From a virus (lineage: Duplodnaviria > Heunggongvirae > Uroviricota > Caudoviricetes): a stretch of 64,000 nt of DNA. The stretch is taken from positions 229,318-293,317 of the IMG/VR virus record IMGVR_UViG_3300014208_000001; one strand, 5' to 3'. A program made the position numbers and the translations under genes. The notes below the pieces were generated by a model, which was not told the origin of the DNA, made no database searches, and saw only the letters and a list, made by a program, of their open reading frames with translations. Each line of letters begins with the position of its first letter. Within the stretch, counting starts at the first letter, position 1. Below, one piece after another: positions 1 through 9,978 of the stretch.

Positions 1-716
1 GTAACAGAGATCCTTATCGATAATCCATTACCCAATGATATCCAATTAGAGACTCCAAGTTCTCCAGAATCTGATAATGTTCCTTCAGCAACAACTTCAC
101 CGTCACTATTTCTAATAACTTGAAATGTTGCTCCAGATATTGACGCTGCATCAGATGTACTTGGTGCACCTGTTATAACCATAACAAATGAGTCATCGAT
201 CGCATCAGTATATGTGCCAAGAGTTTCTAATGTAGCTGTTGTAGCACCATCAGTAGTACTCAACACAGCATCATTATATGATATATTATCAACAGATGAT
301 GCGTGTATTACAACTGGTGCATCTGTCGATACTTCTCTTAATGTTATTCGACCATAATCGATACCAGTGAAAACTGGTATTCTACCCCATCCATGTGCTC
401 TCGATCCTGATACGTCAATTGCTATATCAAGCAAGTCAGCGTCTAATCCTTCTTCATATTCTATACCAACACGCATAACATAGCATTGATTACCTTCCTC
501 TTGGTATGCTAAAACAGCATACATGAGGTAACTCTCTGGGAATGGATCACCAAATGTATCTAATGCTTGTTGTGACGTTGTGATTAACACTGCTTCATTC
601 ATAGGCCCTTTTTTGGCAGTACCTATAAATGCTGGGCGTAGAGGACCAACGGCAGCAGAAACAACAGAGAGATCTATCTCCCTTGGAAACACACCAGGTG
701 ATAGGTACACTGCCAT
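1..716 (-). CDS. Tail sheath protein, N-terminal part (runs off the window; absent from the ORF track)
   Basis: Manual translation from ATG at 716: MAVYLSPGVFPREIDLSVVSAAVGPLRPAFIGTAKKGPMNEAVLITTSQQALDTFG, the typical SPGV..EID / F.G...KGP sheath N-terminus; GGAG RBS upstream. Confidence 0.9.
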   Translation of the reverse strand, partial: MAVYLSPGVFPREIDLSVVSAAVGPLRPAFIGTAKKGPMNEAVLITTSQQALDTFGDPFPESYLMYAVLAYQEEGNQCYVMRVGIEYEEGLDADLLDIAIDVSGSRAHGWGRIPVFTGIDYGRITLREVSTDAPVVIHASSVDNISYNDAVLSTTDGATTATLETLGTYTDAIDDSFVMVITGAPSTSDAASISGATFQVIRNSDGEVVAEGTLSDSGELGVSNWISLGNGLSIRISV

Positions 717-817
717 TTAATTACTCCAATTATCTTTATTGGCTAACCCAACTGATAGCTAAAATAAATTTGCATAAATAACAATTGTAAATACGCAATA
801 AAGGAGGATCTACTCTT

Positions 818-1069
818 ATGTATAATTTAAATGACATAGTTAAACTGACTAAGCCAAACGCAATATATTATGGTAAAATAGTCGGACTAGCAACACATTC
901 TGACACCACAACATACGCTTTCGAAGATATATTTGGAAATACTATGATGAATAAACAAGGATATTTTACCCCAGTTAGAGAATCAGAACTACAGCCAGCT
1001 AGCATAATAAATCTATATGAAGAATGCGATAGATGTATTACTAATGGTATCAGAAAGTATGACTATTAA
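818..1069 (+). CDS. Hypothetical protein
   Basis: 83 aa ORF with a strong AGGAGG RBS. Confidence 0.6.
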   Translation: MYNLNDIVKLTKPNAIYYGKIVGLATHSDTTTYAFEDIFGNTMMNKQGYFTPVRESELQPASIINLYEECDRCITNGIRKYDY

Positions 1070-1070
1070 A

Positions 1071-3509
1071 TTATCTTGGTAATAATGGTGTTGAAACTTG
1101 CTGCCTACAAGGTCCTATAACAGTTCTTTCTGCACCAACACTTATACCACTTAATGCTGCAGTGATAGCTGTTTTAGCAGAATCTGACAATGTAACGCCA
1201 ACTGTGTTCAATGCAGTTACTGTGCCATTAATTATGAGATTAATATCGGACGTTTTAAGAACATATGCATTAACTGTATTAGTTATAAATGTCTTATCGG
1301 TTGTTGTTAACGATACACCAGACGCATTCAATGATGTTAATATGCTATTAACTATAGTATTAATATCGCCAGCAGTTAATGATACAGTAGCAGACGAATC
1401 AACAACATTTGGAGTTGTGAATGTTAATTGATCAGTTTTAGCTTTAATAGCGGTATTTGCACTAATAATTGTCGTTTGATTAGTGGCTGTCCCTAATCCG
1501 CTCTGAATTGCTGTTATTGCCGTAGCATTAGGAATATTAATAAGATCCATTTGGTTACCAGCTTGAGCTGCTGTTTTAGCAGCATCATAAGCCGCAGTTA
1601 ACGCCATAGCATCACCAACTTTAGCTGGAGCATAATTGCCTTGAGCGGTGGCTAACGTAACACCATCAATACCAGTAATAGTATCAAGATCACTCTGAGC
1701 AGTAGCAACAGCAGCCAATACTAATGTTTCATCAGCGATATTATTAGTCGGTAATTTATTATAAATAGCAGTCAAGTATGTAGCATCAGTACTTGTCCAT
1801 GTGGCGCTAACCAAGTCAACCACTTGTGAATATACAGATAACGTAAACGTTGCCGTGCTAATTGTAGCTGAAATATCGCATCTGATCGGTTCAATAGTTG
1901 CTGTGCTTAAGACAGTATATAACCATCTATAAACGCCAGTAGCCGGATTAGATGCGACACCTAAATTAGCCGCCAAACTTCCGGTAGTTTGGCCAGTAAC
2001 CGTTAATGTTGGTGTTGAATCAGCATTTACACTCGAACCATCTGATGCACTATATGTTCTTGCTTCAATAGTATAAATTGTTGAGCCAGAATCTGGTCTC
2101 TCATATTGTCCAACAGTAGTCAATATTATATGTTTAGATGATGAAGTATTTATAGCCAATATATCAGCCTGTGATGCAACAGCACCACCAACATTCAAAT
2201 TATCCAAATATCCAGCTCTAGCAGCGGTCAACCTACCAACTAACGTAGTTAAATCAGATTGAGCAGTAGTAAGAGCACTACTAGTAGCTAATCCACTCTG
2301 AATAGCTGTTACTGCCGTGGCATTTGGAGCACTGATTAGATCCATTTGGTTACCAGCTTTAGCTGGAGCATAATTACCTTGAGCGGTAGCTAACGTAACG
2401 CCATCAGAACCAGTAATAATATCAAGATCACTTTGAGCAGTAGCAATTAACCCAGCAACAACAGACGCGGATGCCGGATCAGATGGTAAATTATCAGTTT
2501 TAGCTTTAATAGCATTAATTTGTGTTAATGTATCATAGTTAACAACAGCCCCGATCCACTCAATGTATCTTGCTTCAGCACTGACTGCACCAGAACATGT
2601 GATCCGCAATGATTCTTCGCTGTCAGTTGATGATACTGAATATGTGAATGTATATCTCCCAGTCGCCGGGCTACTCACTATGGACAAATTAGCAGATCTA
2701 TCTATCCCAGATGCATTAGCAGCTGTAATCGTTGGAGACGCATCAAGATTTACTAATTTACCTTCATTATCGCGGGCCACGACAGTAAATGCAAATAATG
2801 TTGATGATGAATCTGGGATTTCTAATAATGGCGACCCATAAATATTAATCAATGCAGATAGATTATTTAGATTGCTAATTGCTGTTATAACAGATGAAAT
2901 CGATGCATCTAAATTAGCAAGTCGTGTATCACCTAATGCAGTCAAGCCGGCACCAGCGTTGCCGATTCTGGCATAACTATCACCAGTTTGTGGGGTATTG
3001 CTAGTATATGTTGTGAGCGTATCTGTTAGCACAACACCCTGAACTTTGTGTGCTACTGGATCATATCCGGTGTCAGCAAAATCTTTCAGATCGGTTGCTG
3101 ATTGGGAGGCACCACCAATTTGCGTTAAATTAACATCTGGAGCACCCTGATAATCGATCGCATCTAGCTCGAATTCAATTTTCACCGGCAGCATGTTGGC
3201 CGCGCCGTAGTATTCGAGTTCGACCCACATGGCTCCGGCGGCCAGGGCGGCGTCGGGAATGCCGACTTCGTAGCTCCCGGTCACTCCGCCGGACGTGATA
3301 AATCCGCCGCTAGTGAACGTGCCCAGAGTGGCCGTCACGAGTGTGATCGTCGTCCATGAGCTGGCCCCGGCGCGGCGGTAGCGGGCCGCCAGGCTGGCCG
3401 TGTTGTAGACCAGCGACCCCAGCCCGCTCCCATCCGTGGCGGTGGAATCCTGCACGAAGATCGGCAGCATGACGGACGTCGACCCGGCCTTGATCTTGCG
3501 ACGACTCAT
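1071..3509 (-). CDS. Large Ala/Thr/Ser-rich virion-associated protein with two Ig-like beta domains; chimeric gene
   Basis: 812 aa next to the sheath gene; two similar ~100 aa beta-rich domains (..VNLDASPTIT..SPATGRYTFTY and ..VNADSTPTLT..NPATGVYRWLY); first ~110 codons GC-rich, remainder AT-rich. Confidence 0.6.
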   Translation of the reverse strand: MSRRKIKAGSTSVMLPIFVQDSTATDGSGLGSLVYNTASLAARYRRAGASSWTTITLVTATLGTFTSGGFITSGGVTGSYEVGIPDAALAAGAMWVELEYYGAANMLPVKIEFELDAIDYQGAPDVNLTQIGGASQSATDLKDFADTGYDPVAHKVQGVVLTDTLTTYTSNTPQTGDSYARIGNAGAGLTALGDTRLANLDASISSVITAISNLNNLSALINIYGSPLLEIPDSSSTLFAFTVVARDNEGKLVNLDASPTITAANASGIDRSANLSIVSSPATGRYTFTYSVSSTDSEESLRITCSGAVSAEARYIEWIGAVVNYDTLTQINAIKAKTDNLPSDPASASVVAGLIATAQSDLDIITGSDGVTLATAQGNYAPAKAGNQMDLISAPNATAVTAIQSGLATSSALTTAQSDLTTLVGRLTAARAGYLDNLNVGGAVASQADILAINTSSSKHIILTTVGQYERPDSGSTIYTIEARTYSASDGSSVNADSTPTLTVTGQTTGSLAANLGVASNPATGVYRWLYTVLSTATIEPIRCDISATISTATFTLSVYSQVVDLVSATWTSTDATYLTAIYNKLPTNNIADETLVLAAVATAQSDLDTITGIDGVTLATAQGNYAPAKVGDAMALTAAYDAAKTAAQAGNQMDLINIPNATAITAIQSGLGTATNQTTIISANTAIKAKTDQLTFTTPNVVDSSATVSLTAGDINTIVNSILTSLNASGVSLTTTDKTFITNTVNAYVLKTSDINLIINGTVTALNTVGVTLSDSAKTAITAALSGISVGAERTVIGPCRQQVSTPLLPR
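1488..2444 (-). repeat. Intragenic duplication, copies at ~2284-2444 and ~1488-1706
   Basis: ATAQSDLD.ITG.DGVTLATAQGNYAPAK...AGNQMDLI..PNATA.TAIQSGL occurs twice, near-identical in DNA; the second copy has a ~19 aa insertion. Confidence 0.9.
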
Positions 3510-4597
3510 CCCGCGAGCCCTCCGTTGTAGCCGACCCGAATGAGTCCGCCACCGCCGCCGCCCGCCAAAGCCAGCTCAATCACCGTCGCGGTCCCCGAGA
3601 TCGTCGCCCCGCCAGACAGAGCCCCGAGCGAGTAGATCGTCTGGATGTTATTGGGGATCACTGCGTTGCAATTTGGGCCATTCACGAAACACGTTGACCC
3701 ATTCCACGTGTTGACCGCCCGGCCCGTGGAGTCAGTCATTGCCCCTGTAATCATGCCGTTGTTGGTGCTGATTCCATACGCACTAGACGCACTGCCGCCA
3801 GTCGCCGAATTGACCGTGCCGTTGTTGATGCTGACGCCGTGAGCGCCATTTGCTATGCCGCCAGTCGCCGAATCGACCGTGCCGTTGTTGATGTTGACTC
3901 CGAAAGCACTACTTACACTGCCGCCGGTCGCCGAATTGACCGTTCCATTGTTGGTGCCGACTCCGGTGGCACTACTTGCACTGCCACCATAGGCAGCAGT
4001 CACGACGCCGCCGCTGGCATTGGTGCCGACCCCGGTGGCACCACTCGCACTGACGCCATAGGCAGCAGTCACGACGCCGCCGCTGGCATTGGTGCCGACA
4101 CCGTATGCACCATTTGTGGTGCCGCCGTATGCCGCCCCGATGACGCCACCGGAGGCGTTCGTGCCGACCCCGTGACACGACGAGTTGTTGCTGCCGCCGG
4201 TGGCCGAGGCGACGGTCCCATTGTTGGTCAACACCCCCTCTGTCGATGTCGCCGTGCCGCCCTGCACCTCATTGACTGCCCCGCCTGCTGCAATCGTCGT
4301 CACTCCGCGAGACAACGACGCGGTCCCGCCGATGATCTTGCCGCCAATCGTCTGCCCAGATGCCACGGTCGCGATGAGCAGCCCGGTCCCTGCGGTCATC
4401 ACCCACCCGGTCAGCGGGTAGGTTGTCGTCAGGGCGAACGTGAGCTTGCCCGTCGTGCCGGGAGTCTGGACGATCACCCCGGTCTCGGCCGGCACTACAT
4501 CGAAATTCAGCGTGAAGCCGGCCAGTTCAATCGTGTCGCCGTTGGCGACCGTGAGTGCGGAATAATTCGTGTTTGCGACGAGCGTGATCGTGCTCAT
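3506..4597 (-). CDS. Gly/Ser/Thr-rich repeat protein, probably a beta-helical fibre or adhesin-like virion protein
   Basis: 363 aa with 21-23 aa repeats such as GVGTNASGGVVTAAYG and GV.INNGTV.SATGG. Confidence 0.65.
   Translation of the reverse strand: MSTITLVANTNYSALTVANGDTIELAGFTLNFDVVPAETGVIVQTPGTTGKLTFALTTTYPLTGWVMTAGTGLLIATVASGQTIGGKIIGGTASLSRGVTTIAAGGAVNEVQGGTATSTEGVLTNNGTVASATGGSNNSSCHGVGTNASGGVIGAAYGGTTNGAYGVGTNASGGVVTAAYGVSASGATGVGTNASGGVVTAAYGGSASSATGVGTNNGTVNSATGGSVSSAFGVNINNGTVDSATGGIANGAHGVSINNGTVNSATGGSASSAYGISTNNGMITGAMTDSTGRAVNTWNGSTCFVNGPNCNAVIPNNIQTIYSLGALSGGATISGTATVIELALAGGGGGGLIRVGYNGGLAG
3760..4190. repeat. Coding tandem repeats with 63 bp and 69 bp periods
   Basis: gccagtcgccgaat(t/c)gaccgtgccgttgttgatg recurs every 63 bp; aggcagcagtcacgacgccgccgctggcattggtgccgac at 3991 and 4060. 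Confidence 0.9.
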
Positions 4598-5136
4598 TCA
4601 GCCCCCAGCGCCGCACGGACGGCGTCCCAGGTGGCGACCTCGCCGGCGTCGATCGCAGCCACGACGGCGTTGTATCGGTCTGCGAGCTGCTGCCGGACCG
4701 CGTCGGTCGCGATCGTGGCGCGGGCCGCGGCGATGCTCTCCAGCGTCGGCTCGACGGTGATAGAGGACCCGTAGGACTGCCACCGGGGGGCCGTCTGAAT
4801 GCCAATGCCCTGTAGCTTGGCCAGCGTCTCCGCCGGCCAGCTCCCCGCGGCTGCGAGCAGGTCCAGTCGCGACTGGAATCGACTGTCCGACCAATCGAGC
4901 CCCGGACCGAGCAGCAGCGCCCGATAGTCCGCCATCGCCGCGGACTGCCCGGCCGCCGCCAGGAGCGTGGCGGAGACCAGCTCCTGTTCCTCATCGGTCA
5001 GTACCTTGGCCGCCGCGGCGAGCGACTGCTGCACGGTGACGCGGCCGGTCTCGATCACCTCCAGCAGACGATCGAGGGCCTGCTGATCGGTCAGGCCGGC
5101 GTATTCGGCGAGCTGCAGGACGTCGCGGTCGGACAT
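4594..5136 (-). CDS. Hypothetical phage protein (island)
   Basis: 180 aa, GC3-rich, 4-nt overlap with the next gene. Confidence 0.7.
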   Translation of the reverse strand: MSDRDVLQLAEYAGLTDQQALDRLLEVIETGRVTVQQSLAAAAKVLTDEEQELVSATLLAAAGQSAAMADYRALLLGPGLDWSDSRFQSRLDLLAAAGSWPAETLAKLQGIGIQTAPRWQSYGSSITVEPTLESIAAARATIATDAVRQQLADRYNAVVAAIDAGEVATWDAVRAALGAE

Positions 5137-5260
5137 GGTTCACCCCAAAACATAAATATCCACAAAAATTGCAACCACTTTGTGTATAACCACACTAATT
5201 CGATTTCTATAAATTTGCATCATATTCATCATACGCATTATATTCATAAATTTACATACA

Positions 5261-5476
5261 TTATTCAATAGATGTATCACTCATAACTTTCAACATACCT
5301 TTAGCACATAAATTAGTTATTTGATCAATATTAACATGAGATTTTGGAAGTGTAACAGTTTTCCTTGGACCAATCCAAATCTGTTGCTCACTTCTAAAAA
5401 AATCAGAACCAGGCGGTCTAGCACTCAAACCAATAGCCTGTTTTGAAACATTATAAACAGTGATGTCGCCCTTCAT
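5261..5476 (-). CDS. Small putative virion protein, paralog of 16410-16634
   Basis: Shared pattern V.N.S.Q.I ... I.P...I......Q...L..K..I.V; coupled to the gp15-like gene. Confidence 0.55.
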   Translation of the reverse strand: MKGDITVYNVSKQAIGLSARPPGSDFFRSEQQIWIGPRKTVTLPKSHVNIDQITNLCAKGMLKVMSDTSIE

Positions 5477-6276
5477 ATATTCCGCTCCAGAAGAGTACCA
5501 GAAATCTCTTTAAATGATCGAACATTGCCCATAACAGTATGTACAATTTTCTCTGGTAAAGGCAACCATGCCTCAGCTATCATATTAATCTCATACCGTA
5601 CTTCAGAATTCTGATCAAATCCAACTTCTTTATCACTAGCATCAGTCACACCACCAAATCTCAATTGTACATTACCCTGAATATGGCCATCAAACATTCT
5701 AAATTCAGCCAATGGATTAAATCTACTCATCACTTGATACTTAATATATTCAGCATGAGTCTTACGCTCAGCCCACACAACCAACGTATAATTAACTAAC
5801 CATGATGTTGGCCTATAAACCTTAGCAGCCATACTACCAGCAGCATTTAAATATCTATATGTCATAGCATTATATGGCGGACTGAATTTATCTGGATTAA
5901 ATTCCTCACCAGTTCTATTAATAGCAGCCAACGGCATGAGAGCTTTACCCTCATTAATCTCATCATTCCAAATCAAAACACTTTTATCACCACCAGCAAT
6001 TTTAACTCTCATAAATCGATAATTATCTCTAGTCGGTACCCTAATACCAGTCCAATAAGCTTTCATAGCCTCATCTAATGCCCTAAATCCAGGAACAACG
6101 AATTCTTCTAAATATTGTGATTGATCTTGTACAGCAACACCATCTGGGATATTGAATCTTCCTTCTTCAATATGTGCCGATTGCCGTATACCAGGTATTT
6201 CACCATTACCATTTGGATATGCAACCGTATGTGATGCTGGAACACCAAAATCAGCATTAAAATCATATATAGGCAT
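5473..6276 (-). CDS. Tail terminator / tail completion protein (T4 gp15-like)
   Basis: P.AAI.RTG.E.NPDK...RP......YTL.VWA.......I..Q....FNP pattern; lies beside gp14-like gene. Confidence 0.55.
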   Translation of the reverse strand: MPIYDFNADFGVPASHTVAYPNGNGEIPGIRQSAHIEEGRFNIPDGVAVQDQSQYLEEFVVPGFRALDEAMKAYWTGIRVPTRDNYRFMRVKIAGGDKSVLIWNDEINEGKALMPLAAINRTGEEFNPDKFSPPYNAMTYRYLNAAGSMAAKVYRPTSWLVNYTLVVWAERKTHAEYIKYQVMSRFNPLAEFRMFDGHIQGNVQLRFGGVTDASDKEVGFDQNSEVRYEINMIAEAWLPLPEKIVHTVMGNVRSFKEISGTLLERNI

Positions 6277-6887
6277 CAGATGTGCTCCTTATATCTCATT
6301 TCTGGCTCTATTATTGGAGGGTTAATATCGTTCTCTGGCCTAATCGCAATATCAGAATTAAGCAATTCAGCCACACACGTTAAATATAACCACGTATAAC
6401 GATAATTACCACTAGGCGTAACATTATTAACCTTATAATTCTTAGGCCCTTTTATATGACCATATGGTAACTGAATAACATCTCCAGGTCTCATTAATCT
6501 ATCACCGAATTCATCATAAATAGATAAATAGCTAAAAACTATTTCAGTCTTATTTTTATTGTCTATACCCCACAATTTCATTTCGAGTTCAAATGGTTGT
6601 GGCTTAAAATATGCTTTTAATTGTGTTTTGTTCCAATATGTCGGATCTGGCTCTTCATCCCACACATTATCGGTTGTTGAATTATCAGTTCTTATATAAA
6701 CTATAACTTCAGCGCCAGATATATTTATTATTTCGTCAGCATGCCGCTTGACATTCTTGATATCATCATTATTTAAATTATATATCGATACTGGTGAGTA
6801 TCTATTTTCAACATCAGTCCTAACTGACTCATGTTTTTGTAAATAATCAGCTGGCGATTCAGCATTCTGACTAAAATCATAAATCAT
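6276..6887 (-). CDS. Neck / head completion protein (T4 gp14-like)
   Basis: DN.WDEE.DP.Y, WGID...EI.FS, RPGDVIQLP motifs. Confidence 0.6.
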   Translation of the reverse strand: MIYDFSQNAESPADYLQKHESVRTDVENRYSPVSIYNLNNDDIKNVKRHADEIINISGAEVIVYIRTDNSTTDNVWDEEPDPTYWNKTQLKAYFKPQPFELEMKLWGIDNKNKTEIVFSYLSIYDEFGDRLMRPGDVIQLPYGHIKGPKNYKVNNVTPSGNYRYTWLYLTCVAELLNSDIAIRPENDINPPIIEPEMRYKEHI

Positions 6888-7339
6888 ACATTATTCCAAA
6901 CCGGAGGCCATCTTAATATGCCACCAACTTGACCAAATGCGGTACCACCTGGTGTGCTATAACCATATGTATCGCCATCATCTGAAATTTGACAAAAACC
7001 TAAATCAATAGTATTGCAATCAACTTCTTCAACTACATCTTCTTCGACAGCGATATCTCTGAGAATTTGATAATAATCAACAGATAATGAACACGGACAT
7101 TCAACTTCTCTTGGCGGAAATACAAACCATTTTAATCTCCTACCAAACCCAGAATTATATCCAAATTCAACATATGATCCTGGTATCGCTTTTAATGCAT
7201 CAGATAAACTAACTAGTGGTTGATTACAATTCAATCCAGCAGCCAACGTTGTAGACGAAATAGCAGATGCTGGTTCACACCCAGGCACAATAATTTTATT
7301 GTTAGCTATAACATTTAATTTATTTGCTATTTCTGCCAT
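6884..7339 (-). CDS. Hypothetical Cys-containing protein
   Basis: 151 aa ORF coupled within the structural operon. Confidence 0.5.
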   Translation of the reverse strand: MAEIANKLNVIANNKIIVPGCEPASAISSTTLAAGLNCNQPLVSLSDALKAIPGSYVEFGYNSGFGRRLKWFVFPPREVECPCSLSVDYYQILRDIAVEEDVVEEVDCNTIDLGFCQISDDGDTYGYSTPGGTAFGQVGGILRWPPVWNNV

Positions 7340-7772
7340 GATTTTTAATGTAACCTTTTTGCTCCATTACATCAGCAACTCTAATTTCAACACCACGTTC
7401 GACAATGATAAGTGATCCTATAATTCTTCCAGTAGTATCTCGTGGCGTATCACTTGGTATCAATTTTATTGAATCAGCGTTTAATAATAAAGCATTTAAT
7501 TCATTTTTAGCGCTATTTTGACTGGCTGGGTCGCTAATTAATTCATAATCAAATTTGACAGGTACATCAGCAAGTATAATATTCCACGGCAAAGCAATAT
7601 CTGCTTTTTTAAATGAATTATAACTATCTAATTCCCATTTACTAACCATTCCACTAATTACTTTTTCATTTTTGATCACCCGTTCTTGTGGCAGATCACT
7701 TGATGATAATACTGTCCGTATCCCCAGTAAACTTATCAATATTATAATAAAGTATTTCACACCAGCATCCAT
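7320..7772 (-). CDS. Membrane-anchored protein with possible thermonuclease-like C-terminus
   Basis: N-terminal hydrophobic helix; RDTTGRIIG...VM.QKGY weakly resembles SNase D.YGR.L...L..G. Confidence 0.3.
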   Translation of the reverse strand: MDAGVKYFIIILISLLGIRTVLSSSDLPQERVIKNEKVISGMVSKWELDSYNSFKKADIALPWNIILADVPVKFDYELISDPASQNSAKNELNALLLNADSIKLIPSDTPRDTTGRIIGSLIIVERGVEIRVADVMEQKGYIKNHGRNSK

Positions 7773-7867
7773 TGGGTCATCTTTCTATAAATAAAGTGCA
7801 CAACAGACCTAACCTTAAATTTGGCTGAAAATTTTACAAAAACACATCATATTGTAATAATAGTTCC

Positions 7868-8191
7868 ATGAACATCATACTAGCATTGTCACATACAATC
7901 CAAGACACGTTAATATCATCTAAAATCAATAGTGTAATCTATGAAATAAATCCTTCATATTTTGTAGTTATCCCAACAGCAAACAAGTATGATAATATCA
8001 TCTACGACTCGGATACACTACCGAATTTGGACAGAGACACTACCAGGGATAAATATTATTGTATTATTATTAATACGGCACCGTCAACAGTAACATTATC
8101 AATTAAGAAAATATCAAAAACATTCGACTTGCTTGATAATAACCTATGTATAAATATAAGCATATGGATATCCAATAAAATTACAGTATGA
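7868..8191 (+). CDS. Hypothetical protein
   Basis: 107 aa ORF, ATGA overlap with the next gene. Confidence 0.4.
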   Translation: MNIILALSHTIQDTLISSKINSVIYEINPSYFVVIPTANKYDNIIYDSDTLPNLDRDTTRDKYYCIIINTAPSTVTLSIKKISKTFDLLDNNLCINISIWISNKITV

Positions 8192-8526
8192 AAAAATCAC
8201 ATGCATCATTAGAATTATTAATTATCACAATTCTTAGCATTTTATATTCTATGTATTATACGCAATTGCTTTTAATATATCCATCGATAATCATATTATA
8301 TTCTGCATCACGCATAGCTTCAAATTTAGAGCCATCAACATGTAGATTCTCACATGTGATAACGCCATTGTCACTATGTGTGTCAAACGCTATGCGTGAC
8401 GCATTAATAAAATCAAATTCATCATATATGGTAAGTGTTTATATGCTCATAATAAGCACATTATTTTATTTATTCTCCATCAACCTTGACAGACGATATA
8501 AGACTATTAACAAAAGCTGTAGCTGA
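8188..8526 (+). CDS. Hypothetical membrane protein
   Basis: Several hydrophobic segments. Confidence 0.4.
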   Translation: MKKSHASLELLIITILSILYSMYYTQLLLIYPSIIILYSASRIASNLEPSTCRFSHVITPLSLCVSNAMRDALIKSNSSYMVSVYMLIISTLFYLFSINLDRRYKTINKSCS

Positions 8527-9051
8527 CTCAATCGATTGAGCCTCCACTGAATACTCACCATGCCTAGCAACTACATCTCTAAATCCATCACCAACATTCC
8601 AATCACCTTTCCTAATCTTCAATATTGGTCTACCTATATCATCTATTTCTATTTCACTATTGTTATGAATTTCTTCATCATCAGATTCATTTTCGTCTGA
8701 TTCTTTTTTATTCTTTTTAACTTTTTTCTTTTTCAACTGTAAGTGGCTGAGTTCATGATCTATTAATGCTGCTCTTGATTTATCACACGACGTTTTCCAA
8801 TTATCGGCATCAATTAATAATTCGGCATCATATCCTTTGCTTATTCGATCTTTCAATGATATCAGTTTAATAGTGGCATATGCGGGATACCCTGCATGCC
8901 TAACAGATGGTTTATTTTCACTACCACTATACGCAAATATTATCCCTATTTTAACTTTAGCAGATTTTAATTCATTATGATACAATGCCATAACTGAATC
9001 GACAAAGCTAACAACTGTATCATCCGCTTTCCAGTATACTGTGCTCATCAT
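8470..9051 (-). CDS. Putative phage metallopeptidase
   Basis: ALIDHELSHL HExxH motif followed by D...F..VV.RHG, as in the putative phage metallopeptidase family. Confidence 0.65.
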   Translation of the reverse strand: MMSTVYWKADDTVVSFVDSVMALYHNELKSAKVKIGIIFAYSGSENKPSVRHAGYPAYATIKLISLKDRISKGYDAELLIDADNWKTSCDKSRAALIDHELSHLQLKKKKVKKNKKESDENESDDEEIHNNSEIEIDDIGRPILKIRKGDWNVGDGFRDVVARHGEYSVEAQSIESATAFVNSLISSVKVDGE

Positions 9052-9091
9052 TATCCTAATTCTGAAGAAAGAGATCCGCCTCTAAAATACA

Positions 9092-9877
9092 TTGAGTTTC
9101 TCTCAAAATTACAATATGGCAATAATCTCACCAGCAGACCTACCAGCGGTATTGAAAATACAGAGTGATCCTATTAAGGATTACGTGTTTAAAAAACTAG
9201 GCCATCCAGTAGTAGAAGTAGAAATAACTGAAAACCAATTAGAAACCGTTATTAGATCATCAGGCGATTTTATAGCAGAATATTTTCCAAAAGAAGAACG
9301 ATACGCATTATTCTATACATCACCATTAAAATCAACATACCCTATGCCAGCTGATGCATACTGGCTACGAGAAGTTGCGTGGGATCCATCTAGTACTAAT
9401 ATTGGCGATATATTTGGTGCAGAAAGTTACCTTTTTAACATTGGAAACGTAACTGGTATTACTAATATATTGACCGATTTGCATTTACTGCAAGCTTACC
9501 GAAAATTTAGCAGAAAAATACTGGGTACAGAAGGTCATTGGGAAGTAGTTAATGAAGTAAATGGCGATTCACATGATCAATTAATAAGACTATATCCAAC
9601 CCCTAAAGGTGCTTTTCCGGTAGTCGTCAGATACTTACCATTTGTTACACATTTTAGAAGCCCACAAGCTAAAATGATATGCTACGAAATGATTGAGGCA
9701 GAAGCCAAAATCATGCTAGGACACGCAAGACGCAAAATAGCCGGTATGCCAACGCCAGATGGTGGAGGCATAAATTATGATGGCGATGCTTTAGTCCAAG
9801 AAGGACAAAAAGCAAAAGACGAAATAATACAAAAAGCAATATATCTTGGCGAACCAATGGCAGTTTACTTATGGTAA
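9092..9877 (+). CDS. Neck / head-tail adaptor protein (T4 gp13-like)
   Basis: YV..KLG.PVV.VEI.E.QL at N-terminus; A.AK..LG.AR.K..G..P.GG.I..DG..L..EG at C-terminus; probable start ATG 9116. Confidence 0.75.
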   Translation: MSFSQNYNMAIISPADLPAVLKIQSDPIKDYVFKKLGHPVVEVEITENQLETVIRSSGDFIAEYFPKEERYALFYTSPLKSTYPMPADAYWLREVAWDPSSTNIGDIFGAESYLFNIGNVTGITNILTDLHLLQAYRKFSRKILGTEGHWEVVNEVNGDSHDQLIRLYPTPKGAFPVVVRYLPFVTHFRSPQAKMICYEMIEAEAKIMLGHARRKIAGMPTPDGGGINYDGDALVQEGQKAKDEIIQKAIYLGEPMAVYLW

Positions 9878-9978
9878 AAACATGAACAGAATAATAACAT
9901 TATTAATAATGATAATAGCACGCTTAATAAAGTTATTAATATGGTTAATGACTAATTACGTTGGTACCTCTAAACCAC

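Larger units (their letters stand above)
3185..5140. mobile_element. Recently acquired GC-rich island, probably from another phage
   Basis: Abrupt shift to roughly 65-70% GC against ~30% background, with sharp edges near 3185 (inside a gene) and 5140 (at a start codon); no integrase or transposase. Confidence 0.8.

Noticed and set aside
3310-4994. Many overlapping alternative-frame ORFs in the GC-rich island (3310-3579, 3839-4774, 4527-4994 and others)
   Set aside because: Shadow ORFs from stop-codon scarcity at high GC; Arg/Pro-rich nonsense translations overlapping better genes
766-5220. Shared TAAATTTGCAT at ~766 and ~5210 upstream of structural genes
   Set aside because: Only two AT-rich copies at different spacings; insufficient for a promoter call
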